Assembly (NCBI GenBank): GCA_009103225.1
Contig: RHPI01002699.1
Coordinates: forward strand, 162,578 to 226,577
Direction of reading: 5' to 3'
DNA from: Chlorokybus atmophyticus
Lineage: Eukaryota; Plantae; Mesostigma and Chlorokybus algae
Length of the DNA stretch: 64,000 nt
In this document: positions 13,613-27,416 of the stretch, piece by piece
Layout of the letters: the number at the start of each line of letters is the position of its first letter
How positions within the stretch are numbered: position 1 is the stretch's first letter
Program-made: the position numbers and the translations under genes
Notes under the pieces: model-generated
Told to the model about the DNA's origin: nothing
The model's input: the letters and a program-made list of their open reading frames with translations, nothing else
Database searches by the model: none

Positions 13613-13867
13613 GGACACATGAACATGTATGACACCGACAACACACACTTACAGTTCCACACTCTAGCATGATTGGTGCAAAGCCGCACACAGTGTACCT
13701 GCGTGTGATGGGGAAGAAGTATTGATTTGGCAGCTGGGCGAGATGAGAGGTCGTTGTGTGTGGTTGAGTGTGGCTTGCATACCATAACAATATGACCCCT
13801 CCAACAGTCATCTGGCTGGTTGGAACCAACCGACACAAACTTGACAAACAGTACACGCACACCCGCG

Positions 13868-13914
<47 letters not shown>

Positions 13915-16900
13915 AGAATAGAGTGTGCACATGTGCTCGCAGATGTGTGTGCGTGTAGGCAAGCGCATGTGAGCGTGCGTGCGCACGCGTGCAGCACAAG
14001 CCAGCACCAGACATGCATAGACAGCATGTTGGTAGCTGGCAACAACTTCAAAGAGCATGATATAAGTAGGAAGCAACACTTACAAACTCACATACCTGCA
14101 ATACAATGGAGCCGCTCTGGCCGGCATTCACAATGGTGCGAACACTCGACTCCTTGCTGCAACCCACAAAACATCATTTAGTTAGAAACAAGCACATCTT
14201 ACGTCCTACAAACTCAGACCGATGAGAACCATATTGTTGTTCTTTTCTTGCCGACCGGTTGCCAAGCAGGCGCTGATTAGAGCAATTCTTGTCCGCACAA
14301 CAACTGCCCCATGCGCATGTACTAATCTGTAGCCAACATTCCAACAATGCGGAGGTGACGAGCATGATGTGTGATGGCTGCAACAAACCTTGTGCAAAGT
14401 AAACCAACAGCCCATCGTGTGAGCAGAGCCTAGATGGTGAGGATGAAGATGGTATCCTCCAAGTTGCTATTTGCAAGAAGAGTGTGTTGAAAGACGTCAA
14501 TACAGCGATTATAACATCGTGTGCAACTTGAATACAGCGAAAAAAGTACTTGCATGGTCATGACAAGGTGGCCACTGTTTTGTATGTATTGGCCGAGCGG
14601 ACGGTCACATGTGCAAGTAGATTGGACGGATGCTCCTTGGGGTGTAGGGTGGATGCGAATGGCTTTCGGAGGCATGTTGCTAAATGTTTGTTTACTCTCA
14701 GGCAGATGTTATGGTGGTATCAGAGCTTGGATTGCATGCATTGGTTGTTTATGCCCCATGCAGTTGTTCATCAGCACATACTACATGCTTATTGGTTAGT
14801 GTGACTTAATATGTACAGTACTTAACAGACTGTCAAATACAGAAGAGTACGTGTGCATGTAAATAAGCATTGCGGTTTATACATATACAGATAAGTATAT
14901 ATACATGGTCACCGTGGCAACGATTGCCAACACCGTGTATACATATGCAGGGCTTGATTTGTTGGTATGCAGCACTGAATGCACCTGTGATGTGGGTGTG
15001 ACACGACATTTTGCATTGCTGTATGTGCATATTACTGCATACACATTCCAACAGTGAAACACGCACGTGTACACAGTACTGCGCCCCTTTTTTTGAGCGC
15101 TACGCTTTGCTTGTTCCTGTGCGCGGGTAGATAATTATGGTCGATGATCACATGGTATTGTTAAAGCCAACATGACTAAAGTTTAGGGCATGAGAGCTGA
15201 GGTAAAAAGCATTGGTAACACGCGACTCAAATGAGAGTCATTGTGGAGCTGAGTTTTAAGAACGAATGGTTCGCAACATGCGAACTTTTTGTTAAGCAGC
15301 ACCAGGAGGAGCTAGCCATGACATGCCCTATACGCGTAACTTTTTATTAATGCCGTTAATGCTCTCTTACGATAAGACCCTCACTTTCGTATGGTCTCCT
15401 TTGTGAGAAGTGTTAGCTTAAGCACATCAGCCCAATATATTTTAAATCGCCCAACATGAAGCATGTTACGGCAATGATTGTTGGTGTAGATGATATTCTC
15501 GTACATAAGATAACGATAACGGCTCAAAGGCTTAAAGTCGTTTTGCACATGAGTGTACTGTAAAGACACAAACTGTTCACACACTCCTTGCATTGAGCAA
15601 TTGAATAACTATTTCATCTATTTGCTGCCATATCATCAAGGTTAATGGCATGCAGTGGTTGTCAGGCAGTTTTGGCCTGAAGTATATAATTGAAAATACG
15701 GTTTTAATTGTGCTATCATCCATTTTAAACCAGGCAGCTCGTAGCCATGCAGCAGTTATAATGAGGGAGTAAGTTTTGCAAAATATTAAAGTTAGTTGAA
15801 GTTACTTTATTGTTATTAATAAGAGTAACTTTCATTGCATTGATATGATTCAATATCACGATCATCAACATACATTGTGCTCTTGCAATTAAGGCACAGC
15901 AATGCATTATAATTTTGCAACATCGTAATGCAATATGCATTGCGTTACGTTTTATTATTGTTGGCCGGGTCAGCATCATTGATGTGGCTGAAGTTTTGAA
16001 GCGACAACCCTCACAAACAGCACAGATTCAAACTTCAATTAAACATTATTCGCCGAAGCACCAAGATACGACCGTGTCTCTAAAAAGGCTGCGAATACCT
16101 ACAACCTCAATTCTATTAGCGGAGGCAACTATGAGTCGTGTCTATTGCAAAAATTACTTGCATTTGACATTTGTTTGACACGCGGCATCTCCTGCAGGAA
16201 GCGCCTTTGAAAGCTTTAAACGGGACACAAATCAAAAACCGCCCCTCAACCAACAGCCACACTCGAACAATCATTTCGCACTGTGCCGTGTCGGGTCTAT
16301 TGATTTAGAAGGTGCACTTGAGGCCCCTCAAAGCGCCACCTGTCACATACCATTCGGAAAGTGAAGCGCTTGCAAAAGTTGCGCAAGTGTACATAACAAT
16401 GAAGGTGGTGACGCAATGTGCGTCATCCGATTACGTCCCATGCAGAGTTAGGAACCCACGTGGGGAACAGGAGTACAGTAAGTTACAGTCGGCAACACCA
16501 AAGACCTTGGCAAGGTAGCGGTGCTAGTGAAATGGGCTGAGTTCAGCTGCTTATTTACGTCATCGCAGCTGGCTGGTAACAGACTTCCAACTTGGAAGTG
16601 TTAAGGCAGGAAGGACTAGTAGCCGTAACCGGAATCAACAGACATGTGTCTTGGGTTACTACTCGTACTACTCGCACGCGGGTATCTCGCACATGCGCGA
16701 ACGTGTCAATTACGTCTGGCGGATAAAGTTGTTCAAGCGGGAATGAGACTTTATCGCCATGCAAACGGCTGCTTTGGCAAGTCTTTTGAACTTTGAACCC
16801 CAGCGAGCATCACTAAGCAGGCGTACCAGGCTGGTACTATCAGCGACATCGTCGAGGGGGGCGGCGGCAGCGGCGGCGGGGTTGTCGTCGTTGTCGTCAG

Positions 16901-17181
16901 CTTCGTAGCTGTCCCTACATACAGTTACTTTGACACGACAGGTTGAGCTCAATTCCGGTGATAGGCTCCTGATTGACAGCCGCACACTCAGTGGTGTGGT
17001 TTAGGCTTAGGTGTAAGCTTACCTTTGGGCTTAGTGTTGGACTGAGCGGCGCCGTCGCTGTCATTGTGGTTGTGATCGTCCTCCGCAACGGTCTAGTTGA
17101 TGCCAGTTGAGTACTTAGACTAGCCATTGATCAATTCTAGCTGCTTATCAGCTTAGCAAGCAGCAGCAGCAGCAGTGCATA

Positions 17182-20100
17182 ATGGCTGGCAAGCCAGCTG
17201 TGACGGCTGCGGCGGTGTTTTTGTTGTTGTTGTCGTCGCTGTCGTCGTCGTCGCTGGTGTCCGGATCCTCAACACACAATGCCCGGAAGCTCACCAGCAC
17301 GTCTCGTCACCTGCTGCAAGACACGACAGTGCCGGCGACGATTGTCGAGTCGCTGCAAACGGCGCTCAACATTACATTGACGGTGAGCACACTCTTCTAT
17401 GTGACTATATTGCACGCTCTTTTCTACACATGTATATGTCATAACAGCTTGCAACGCACAGTTCTTGGCAAGTAGCATCGTTCTGGCATCCGTACCATCT
17501 TAGGCTTTTGGTTGCATGATGGCCTGTTAGTTCGCTTTTCACAATAGTAGCTTGTAGTAGCTTGTTACACATGTCACACACCAACTTCATCATGCTTGTT
17601 GCATCCACATTGTTGGAATCTGTCATTGCACTTGGGACAGTTGTTGTGTAGATTCCTGGTTTATTGGGTTGCTGCTTGGCAACTGATCAGCAAGAATTGA
17701 ACATCAACCTGGTTGTTAACGTTAGAGTAAGCGCAGCGTTAGAGTGAGCGCAACGGACCCAGACTGTGATTGTACCTAACCATGATGGTTTGTGGGTTGC
17801 AGCAAGGAGTTGAGCTTGTTGGCGCCATCGTCGATGCCGGCCAGAGCGGCTCCGTTTCATTGCAGGTACCCATTGTGAATTATGTTTCACCTTGTTCACC
17901 ACAGTCACTGTCAAGCTGTTGCCAGCTACCATCATGCTGTCTATGCCTGCCTCGTGCTGACTTGTGCTGCGCGTGTGCGCACGCACACTTGCGCGCAAGT
18001 GCGTGCGCGTGCATGTATGTATTGTTATGTTTCTGATGGTTCCAATACACGATGTCCCTGTTTAAGGCACATGTTCTTGCGATATGCACGTTACAGTCAC
18101 CCTGACACAAGCACAATCTTACCACCTGCAGCTGACATTTTCTGCCATCCCCGCAGTCCATCACTAAGATACTCAACAAGCTGGCCAACTTCACTGAGGC
18201 CGGCGGCACCGAAGCCATCGATCTCCTTGTGAATGCGCTGAACCAGACAGCGGCTTTGGTCGGCATCACCGCCGACCCGTCTGTCGCTGCTGCCTTGGGC
18301 ACCGTCCAGAACCTGGCAGCCTCGGTCGTGGATGCAGCCAACAACCTCACGCGGGTATGCATGTTGGTTTACGCTGATCATGCTCAAGTGTTGAGTGGTA
18401 TGTGTGTGTCTCTTTGGTTCATGCTGTTATGTTGAGAGGTACCTACCTTTGTCACAATATCACCACACTGTATTTACGCTGATCATGCTCAAGTGTTGAG
18501 TGGTATGTGTGTGTCTCTTTGGTTCATGCTGTTATGTTGAGAGGTACCTACCTTTGTCACAATATCACCACACTGTATTGACACAACAGCTGGAACGTGT
18601 GATATTTGGGCTAGGACTGAAGCCTTCAACCTAAAGGTGTAACTGTTGTGTGTGCAGACTGTGCTTGGTGGTGAGACTGGGCAGAACTACTCGAGGCATT
18701 CGGTGGTCCCGCCCCGCGCGGACCCTCTGGACTCTCTTCGGGAGTACCGCGGCGGTTTCAACTACAGCAACGAGCACTACTGGGCGGTAGGTTACATACC
18801 ATTTTCAAGCTTAGATGACCGCTTTGCAACGTTTTGTGCGTGTTATCTTCTGATTGATGTACTTGATGACATGTGTTTATGTTGGCATCTGTGCGCCTTC
18901 GTGCATAAGTGCGCGTGCGTTGGTGTGTGTGCATACATGTGTGCGCACTTGCTTGTAACTCTTCTCAAACACTTGTGCATGCAGTCTACAGCGTGGACGG
19001 GTGCGTGGGGTTACATCATCGGCGCCTTCTTCCTGGCTCTGCTCATCATGTCTGCGATCACTTTCCTCATGTGGGCTTTCTGCCTCTGCTGCTGCTCCTC
19101 AAAGCGCCCGGCCGGCCCGTTCTTGCGCGAGCCCGCACACAGACCACTCATCATCGTTCTGGTGACCGTCTGTGCATGCATCGCACTGTAAGTAATGCTC
19201 TTCACTTGCATGAGCGGAACAGAAAATGCCATAGTGGTAGCGTGTTGTGCGGATCTGTGAGTGTGTGAATGCGTCATGCTGTGTGTATATGAGAGTCGAC
19301 GTCTTTTAGTGTGTCGGTAAGTGAGTTGGTTCAATTCACTGGCGTTTGTTTTGTTGTGCTGTGTTGTGTATACGTGTGTAACATTTTCCCTCTCATCCCT
19401 GCAGGGCTGGTTACATCATGGCGTGGGTTGCATACAGCCGCTACAATGGGCCGCTGAATAAAGCCAATGACGAGGTGCTGCAGTTGGGAGTCAACACTGG
19501 TGCCGACCTGCGTGAGATCAGCAGCGTGCTCACTAACGTGTCCGCAACCATACCATCACTTAAGTCGTCCCTAGCTGCACCCATCGTGTCCATCAACGCC
19601 CAGGCCAACAGCATCGAAACCAAAACAAACGACGCCAATGATAGGTACAGACTTGTATGATGTGCAGCATGGTCACTACTTGAAGTTGGGTTTTGTGTAC
19701 ATGTCTCATATGTGGCATCATCGCACGACAGGTTTGGCAACCTCCTGCTCGCGATCAAGATCGGTCTTTGGATCACAACCGGCGTGGGCGTGTTGACTCT
19801 CATCGTTGGTGTCCTTGGCGCCATCACGCACTGGCGCCCTCTCAACCTGTCTCTCTTTTTCTGGGGCTTGCTGCTCAGCCTCCTCGCGTGGTGGCTCGCG
19901 GGACTCGCGTACTTCCTATGGAAGTTTGCGCAGGACGGGTGCGGATCCATGGAGGATTACCTGAACAACCAACCGGGATCAGACCTGCAGGAACTCATAC
20001 ATTGCACGGACGGGCAGGCCTTCAGCTCTGTCGCTCAGGTATGTCCCTTTCTAAGTTGTGAATTGAAGCGGCGAGTGCATGTTGCTGTACAGGTGTGCGT

Positions 20101-20928
20101 CTCGGCTACTGGCGTGCTTGTGAGTGACCTGGGTGCATGGCATACTGCCATACCAGCCATAATGGATGTTGGGCATGCATCCACCAACATAGTAACTTGT
20201 GTGCGCATGCGTGTGCGTACTCGCATGCGCACGCCTGCATGCAGGTGCAAACATGTCTGTGCGTGCATGTCACTTACGGTCATCACGTGTTGTTTCAGGG
20301 TGCGCAAACGCTGGTGCAGCTGCTGACTCCCGTGAGCAACTTGCTGTCATCTGCTTCAGCTGCTGCGCTCACTCTGCTGGCGCAGCTGGCGTGCCAGACG
20401 AGCGACGCGTCGGCGTGTCTTCTCGGCAGCAGCAGCGTGGCCACGTCTCAGTTCATCACCGTCGGCCAGCAGGTGGCTGACATCCTCCCCCTTGCCAACG
20501 ACCTCCTTCAATGCAAACCCGTGTCGGACTTTTTCACCACGCTCACCACGGACCAGTGCCCCGTCGTGAGGAGGAACATCAAGCTTACGTGGGTGGGATT
20601 CATCCTGCTGGCATCATCACTGTCACTGCTCTCACTCTTGTGGGTGTGGAGCGTGCTGTCTATTCGGGCGCGGCGTGGCCACGTGCGCGGTAGCGGCGGG
20701 AAGTACCTACCACAACAGCATGTGGACTTCAACTCTATGCGCACCGCACCCGCCAGCGCGGTGTATCCAGGATATCCCGTGGAGAGCGATGCGAGCGGTG
20801 GACTCCAACATAATGTGGTCATACAGGAGCTCCCGCGCTCACAGTACGCCAAGTACAGCACCAAACCGCCCGTGTCGGAAGGACACAGCAAAGGGTCGAA
20901 GCTGCCCGCTGGCTCATATGTGGGCTGA
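17182..20928 (+). CDS. Multi-pass membrane protein of the plant tweety/prominin-like family (about 5 TM, signal peptide); 7 exons
   Basis: Exons approx. 17182-17382, 18157-18354, 18658-18786, 18985-19188, 19405-19644, 19730-20038, 20299-20928, all GT-AG. Signal peptide. DPLDSLREYRGGFNYSNEHYWA motif resembles land-plant uncharacterised TM proteins (AT1G71110-like, from memory). CCC after TM1; DGC..M...L...IHC.D extracellular loop. Confidence 0.8.
18368..18577 (+). repeat. Perfect 105-bp tandem duplication inside intron 2
   Basis: TTTACGCTGATCATG...CACCACACTGTA at 18368-18472 is repeated exactly at 18473-18577. Confidence 0.95.
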
Positions 20929-21668
20929 GTGCAGGTGAACTCCCCTTCATTTTTGGGCTGCCACTCGCTGGAGTGTTTACTCCTTTGTGCTATAGCGGTT
21001 TTGCGTACACACAAACCTGCATGTTGTGGCCTGCTTGGGCCAGACTTACTTTAGGACAGGCCAGTCGGGCCATAGAGTCTTGTATAAAATCAGCTTCATT
21101 GCGCGCGCCATTGGCTCGTGAGTTGTTTAACCATGACTGGTAATTTCGTGTTGTGACAATGAGCACAGGTTTTCTCTGCCATATCTGCGCCGCACGCCAT
21201 ACACTTTAATGAGATGAAACTGTGTGCTCTTAGTTGCTAGACTACCTTGCTGCTCCTCAAGCGCCTGGCTAGCAAGAACATGTCGTTGGCCACATCGTCA
21301 CGGGGCTATGTTTGCCAGTTTTTGTTCAGAGAAATGAAGATGGGATGCTTGCAGCAGGCCAATGAGAGAACAAGCTGCACACATCGAGCCATCATAACCA
21401 CAGCCTTTATGCTTCTTGACATATTCTACCGAGATACAGCGACGCACAATACGTAATTACAATAATCGCACCTATGAGTAGCACAGCGTTTCTGACATCG
21501 TGTGTACAACCCCCAGCCAATCAATATACAAAAACAACTAAACAATTCCAATACTACTACGTTGTGAACTACCCCAGCCCGTCCTAACACAACTTGACAA
21601 CTATATACATAATTGTACATTAGCACGCACCGCCCAAGCACATCAAGGACGAGATATCGGCGGCATGT

Positions 21669-22871
21669 TCACTTTCTGTTGATTTCACGACCTTGCAGCA
21701 AGGGAGCTGTCTCCAGTTTGGTCATTGCCCCTTCTCCGTCGTCAAGCTTGCTGAGGCCATCACTCGCACCAACTGATGCAAGCGGGGGGGCAACTTTGCA
21801 GTTGACAACAACAACGACATCCTCCGCGTCCTTCTCATCCGATGGCGTGACAAGCTTAGGAGGAAGACAGAAGAGCAAGCCTATTGCTATGCATGCAATG
21901 CAGAAAAGAGACCATATCAGAGCCCCTATCACATGCACTATGCGATTGGCAACAACGTAATATACGTCGGGCTTGAGCAGCGCTGTCACACGCTCTCTTT
22001 GTTGGTTTCCAGCGACGATTAAGTGCAGAAGCTGCCCGTCCGCCTTGCTCATAAAAACGGTTGACATGCGGATACCGCTCGCATTCTTGGCGGTCACTGT
22101 TTGCGCAACAAGGTTTGGTTAGTGCAGCTTTGTGTGTGCCAACTTTAATCGACCATGACCCGTGTCTACACAGCCGTGTTGATGCACGCATGCACAACAG
22201 ACCCACAACTCATGTTTTTCAATCGCCACCACACATGCTTGGAAGATCACAATTTGCTTGTTTGTATTATCAATATTTGGCACATATGACCTTGGACAAA
22301 CTTAGCAACGTCATATACGCTATATATGTACCAAAGCCACAACCATGCAAGCAACATCAGTAACGACACCCACAACAACCCATGGCGCAGCTCACGCTAG
22401 AGTGAAACCCTTACTGAGCATAGGCGATTGGGCATCCTCATTGTCATAGATGATGGCGGCGGCAGCGCCGGCGAGCTGGGCGTTGAGGACCTTGTCATGG
22501 AAGCCGCAATTGCCCTTGGCAATAAGGGCAATCCAGGCGGCGCCGTCCTTGTCTGCATGAGCGGCTGGGCTGCAGCCGTCTGCTGGCGTGAGCTGAAACA
22601 AGACGCCTTGCACGCCGCCTGGAGGCAGCAACGGGCCGAAGGCGGCGGTGACGGTGGCGAGGGAGGCGACGACGGTGGTGGTGTTGTCCAGGGTGACGAC
22701 GCAGTGACTCGTCATACCATAAGTGCCCCAATCCCGACGCACGCACACCCACAAACCCACCAAACAGAACCAACCCAGGAAGAACATCAAGCGACCGCAG
22801 CATACCGGTTGCCACGGCGACGGCGACGGTGTCGGCGGCGGCGATGTCGCCGCCGACACCTTGCCCGCCAT
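21669..22871 (-). CDS. PA-domain single-pass membrane protein, copy B; exons 22871-22415, 22096-21669
   Basis: Same PA motifs (WIALIAKGNCGFHDKVLNAQLAGAAAAIIYDNE), same intron position (A|TG) and same GACCCATCATG start context as copy A. ORF intact. Confidence 0.85.
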
Positions 22872-23162
22872 GATGGGTCTGTTTGAGCAAGCAGTGCCAA
22901 GCCTGGCCGAGGCCAGAGCGACGTACCGGAGTATCCGTACCGGAATAGTTATGATCCTCACATCTCTACTCCAAGACTTACCTACCGGAGCACATTGTAG
23001 CGCCGCATCAAGAACAGAGGACGGATTTGCCCAATATCGAGGGAGCGTGTAGTCACGCGTTGCCGCGCTGACGCTGTCGGCAACGATGGTGGCGTTATGG
23101 ACGGTTGGATACCGCGTTATTGCATGCACTAACGTGATGGCGTGCTACGTGCGTTCTTTGGT

Positions 23163-25903
23163 ATGTCGGCAGCATGGCTGAGGGTGTGGGCGGTGGCTGC
23201 TGTCGCAGTGGCGATGTCGGCGGTGGCCTTGTCGGTAGCTGCGAGGTGCAGCGTACCGTCTAGCACGGCTTTGCTGTCTAAGAAGTGCCTTTACCGCCGC
23301 CCGTCCTGGTTGCGTAAGAGCAGCTGCGGAGTCTGCCCAGGCTTCTCGTCCTCCTCCTCCTCCTCCTCCACCTCCGCCGCCGCCTCCATGGCGACGTCCG
23401 CAAGCACCGGCACCGCCAAGCTGGAAGTTGAGCTTGTGCCGTGCCTGAAGGACAACTACGCCTACTTGCTGCATGACAAGGAGGCCAATGTGACGGCCAT
23501 TGTGGACCCATCTGAGGTATTTTGAGCTAGTGTCTCCTCTTTGGGGTTTGCCTGCAGCTTGCACACTGTGCTTTTCTGTGTTGTGTGTGTTGCTTTTGCT
23601 GTAGTAAATAATATCGGACACTTGCAGGCAGACTTGTGCACAATGCATGCATGCATGCCTCGTGCGCATGTACACATGCACTTATGTATGCATGGTTGCA
23701 TTTATACGCACTGCGCAAGCACACTTGCAGCTTCAGCTGGTGGCATGTGCAAGCATCTGCATGCATGCATTCATTCATTCATGCATGCATGCATTCATAC
23801 TGCTGCATGTGCTTGCACGCTGCAGAGTCAGCTGGTAACATGTGCGACAAGCGTTGACAAACAGCAACTTCAGCAAGCTATGTGACTGCATAGTACAAGC
23901 TTAGTACAAGCACGCATGCATGCATGCATGCATGCCAATCATTTCATCAAGTTGCAGTACATAGCTACTAAACAAACATCTTTCTTGTCAAAATCTTTGC
24001 CATGTTTCATTCACAGCATCCACTGCATCCCGTGCAGGCCGGACCCGTGCTCGCTGCACTGGAACGGCGCGGCTTGACACTCACGCACGTCCTCAACACG
24101 CACCACCATTGGGACCACACCGGCGGCAACCTGGACCTGAAAAAGGTGCCATGACAACACACTTCTTCGGTATAGTAAGTAGTGGATATGCACAGCATAG
24201 CAACAAGAGTACAAGCAAAGTGGAAGTGGTGCATTAGTGCCCTACACTACATGGCAAAGGAGTATTGCATGTACTAGACGTGCACGATTGGCAGTGCATA
24301 AGTAATGCATGCACTCAATCGCACACACTCGAGTGTAAGTGTAGTATGCACTTTGTGTTGTGGCGTCTGGTCGTCAACTGTTATGCACACCTTGTGTGTA
24401 TGACATGTGCGTGCGTACAGATGTGTGCGTGCAGGCAGCAAACTTGATGTGTGTGCTGACTGTGTGAACACAATAGGCATGCATGCAGTGCCAGTGTGGT
24501 TTTGACAGCAAGCTTGTTTGCTTGCAGAAAGGCGGAGTTCAGATTGTCGGGCCGAAAGCAGATGAGGGGCGCATTCCCGGCATCGATATCGCTCTCGCCG
24601 ATGGTGAAGTCTGGCAGTTTGGGAATCATGCGATGCACGTGTTCGACACGCCAGGGCACACAAAAGGTGCGAGATAGGGAGAACACCGTCACTGTTGTGC
24701 GGGTGTGCGTGTGTGCGCAAGTGTGTGGGTGCTTGTGTGAGAGGGCGGGCACCCGCAGCCATTTACACGTGTGTGCTTGTAGGCCAGCATGCACATGTGT
24801 GCACGCACACGTAACTTACATAAGCGCGCACGCATGCACACATGTGCAAGCACATTCATGCGTCTGCACGCCTGTGTATATATGGCATGCATAGAGAGTA
24901 AGTGCATGCAACCTACCTCATGCGCGCGAGTGCGCGAGCGCATGTGTGCGTGACATCAACCAAACGTTAATGTGATGTGTGCCATTGCTCTCAGGCCATG
25001 TGAGCTTTTACTTCCCTGACCAAGAAGCCGTCTTCACCGGCGACACATTGTTTGCGCTCGGGTGCGGCCGATTGTTTGAAGGCACAGCAGAGCAGGTGAA
25101 CAGCAACACTTGTATCATATTACCCTTGTTGCTTGCTTACTTTACATCGCATTGACTGCCAATCTTCTATGTTAGATGTGGGCTTCATTGTCAAGACTGG
25201 CTGCGCTTCCGCCCAGCACGCGGGTGTTTTGCGGACACGAGTACACTCAGGCAAGAGCCAATGGTTGTTGGTGTGTTGTTGGTGAAGCAATGGTTTGTAT
25301 ATGCATCAGCAAGTGCATGTTTACACGTACATGAGCGGGAGCGTTCACATACAACACATGCACACATAGATCAGTGCCAATTTAACAATGCCCTGCTTGT
25401 GTGTGCATGCGCATACACACCAACAGACCCATGCGCGCACACACACACACACGTGTATATGCAATTGCATACAAACATGCATGCACAAACATAAACAGGT
25501 ACAGGTACAGCTTGCACGCCATTCTGAAGCTGAACCCATATCACAGCCACACACGCATATTGTTTGTTGATGGTTACGTTGTGCTTGGCAGTCCAATGCA
25601 AAGTTCTCCTTGGCGGTTGAGCCCAACAACGCCGAGCTCGTGGCACGCGCGAAGGAGATCGACTCGTTGCGCAAGCAAAACAAGCCTACGGTAAGCCCAC
25701 ATTATTCACCACACTTCGTACACATATGGCTGGTTGCTTATAGATATGATGCGCAGATTCCAAGCACAATCGGCATCGAATTAGCAACAAGCCCCTTTTT
25801 GCGCCCTTCGAGCGAAGAAATCAGACGCAACGTGAACGTGTCCGCGTCGGCCGATGACGTGGCCGTGTTCGCGGCTGTGCGGCGCAAGAAGGACAACTTT
25901 TAG
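23163..25903 (+). CDS. GLX2: Hydroxyacylglutathione hydrolase (glyoxalase II), organellar form with transit peptide; 7 exons
   Basis: [25 protein letters not shown] metal motif, [41 protein letters not shown]. Ser/Ala/Arg-rich N-terminal extension. Confidence 0.96.
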
Positions 25904-26157
25904 AGTGTTGTGTGTAGTTGTATCAACATTGTACACTATCAAATTGAGGTGAGAGAAGGTGAGCAGCATTGAGTGACAAGATTGTTATGTCATCCTAAGA
26001 CAGACAAACAGCTGATTGTAAACACAGTTGAGCCATCACGAACTTGGAGTTGTTACAATGTTGAGCCATCACAAACTTAAGTTACTATGTTATTGCACGA
26101 TGGTGCATTTCTATCCAGACTACACTAGTACTTCTATGATGAGGTGTTGTTGTTGTA

Positions 26158-27372
26158 TCAACTTCTTGCCCCTTGCAAGGCCGGCCACGCGGCGAGCACG
26201 GCCATGCTTCCGTCCGCATCCTTCAGTCTGTGTATGTTGGATTTGCATGCTCGTTTGCTGTTGTTTGGGCTTGTTGGTGTGCTGATGTTGGAAACGCCGT
26301 AACACAACTGCATCAGCACTTGCGCCGCGCTGTCACCCACATCTGCAGCACGAACTAGGCATGAGTTGCATGTGCGTATGAGCGTATGCATGCGCGGGTC
26401 TGTGCATGTGTGGGCGTGTGTAAACGTGCATGTGAGTGCATGCGTGTCTTTGCCTGGAGTAGATTTCTGTGCTTGTGGGCTTCGTCTGCTTTTGATTGAC
26501 GCTTTGCACACGTTCACAAGGGCAGGAATCACCGGCGCGGCTCCTATCTTCTCCAGCAGCGATGAAGATGAAGTGCCTGCATGTGGCGTGTGTGTGTGTA
26601 CGCGTATATTTGTGTGCGTGCCCATGCAATGCAGTGACACGCATCATGAACTCACTGGCTAGGCTGTGAAGTGCTTGTAAGGACGCATCAGCGTGCTCTT
26701 CAAGCAAACCCGCAAGCGTCTGAGTGAACTTGGCCTCAACAAGAGCGCCTCGCTGAGACTCTCCACTCTGACAAGACGCAAAAGGCCACAATGGTTCGCG
26801 TCAGTTCCGTGCAACGTTGGCACGTGTGTGTGTGCGCGCCTTCGCGTGTGCACACTGGATGGGTAACATGGACGAACAAACACCATGTGGCTGAGCGTGC
26901 AGGTTTGTGTGCGTGTGCGTGAGTGTGTTACTTGTGTATTTGTGTGGTAGCAGGTGTAGCAGGTGTATTTGTGTGCTTTTGTGTGTCTCTTGTAGACTTC
27001 AGATTGTTGGCGTAGTACCTGAGCGAGATCCCGGACAGCCTCCAGTATGTGTGTTCGCACAACCGTATCAATCCCCTCACCCACAAGCAGCCTGAGCATC
27101 AGCTCCAGCACTCCTCCCTGCCACAACCAACCCAACATGAGCCGCATGTTGTGTGGGACACACGTATAGAGATGCCAACACAACAACGTGTGGTACTTTG
27201 AGGAAGGTGGCGTTGTGTGATGCGTCGCTGGCGCACGCGCGAAGAGCTGTCACGGCGTGCGCGCGCGTGGCGGGATCGCGCGCCTCCACTGCAAATGCGG
27301 CTATGCGCGGGATGACCTCAACCTGGTATAGTGGCAATGCGGTTGTTGTGGTGGTGGTGGTTGTGTCATCAT

Positions 27373-27416
<44 letters not shown>

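Larger units (their letters stand above)
17777..22880. repeat. Right arm of the inverted duplication (partner ~9405-14185)
   Basis: Contains the intact multi-TM gene body and PA gene copy B in mirror orientation to the left arm. Confidence 0.85.

Noticed and set aside
16555-17127. Small minus-strand gene head-to-head with the multi-TM gene
   Set aside because: Its ATG is only ~55 bp from the TM gene start, the frames do not join by plausible introns, and the product is unrecognisable.
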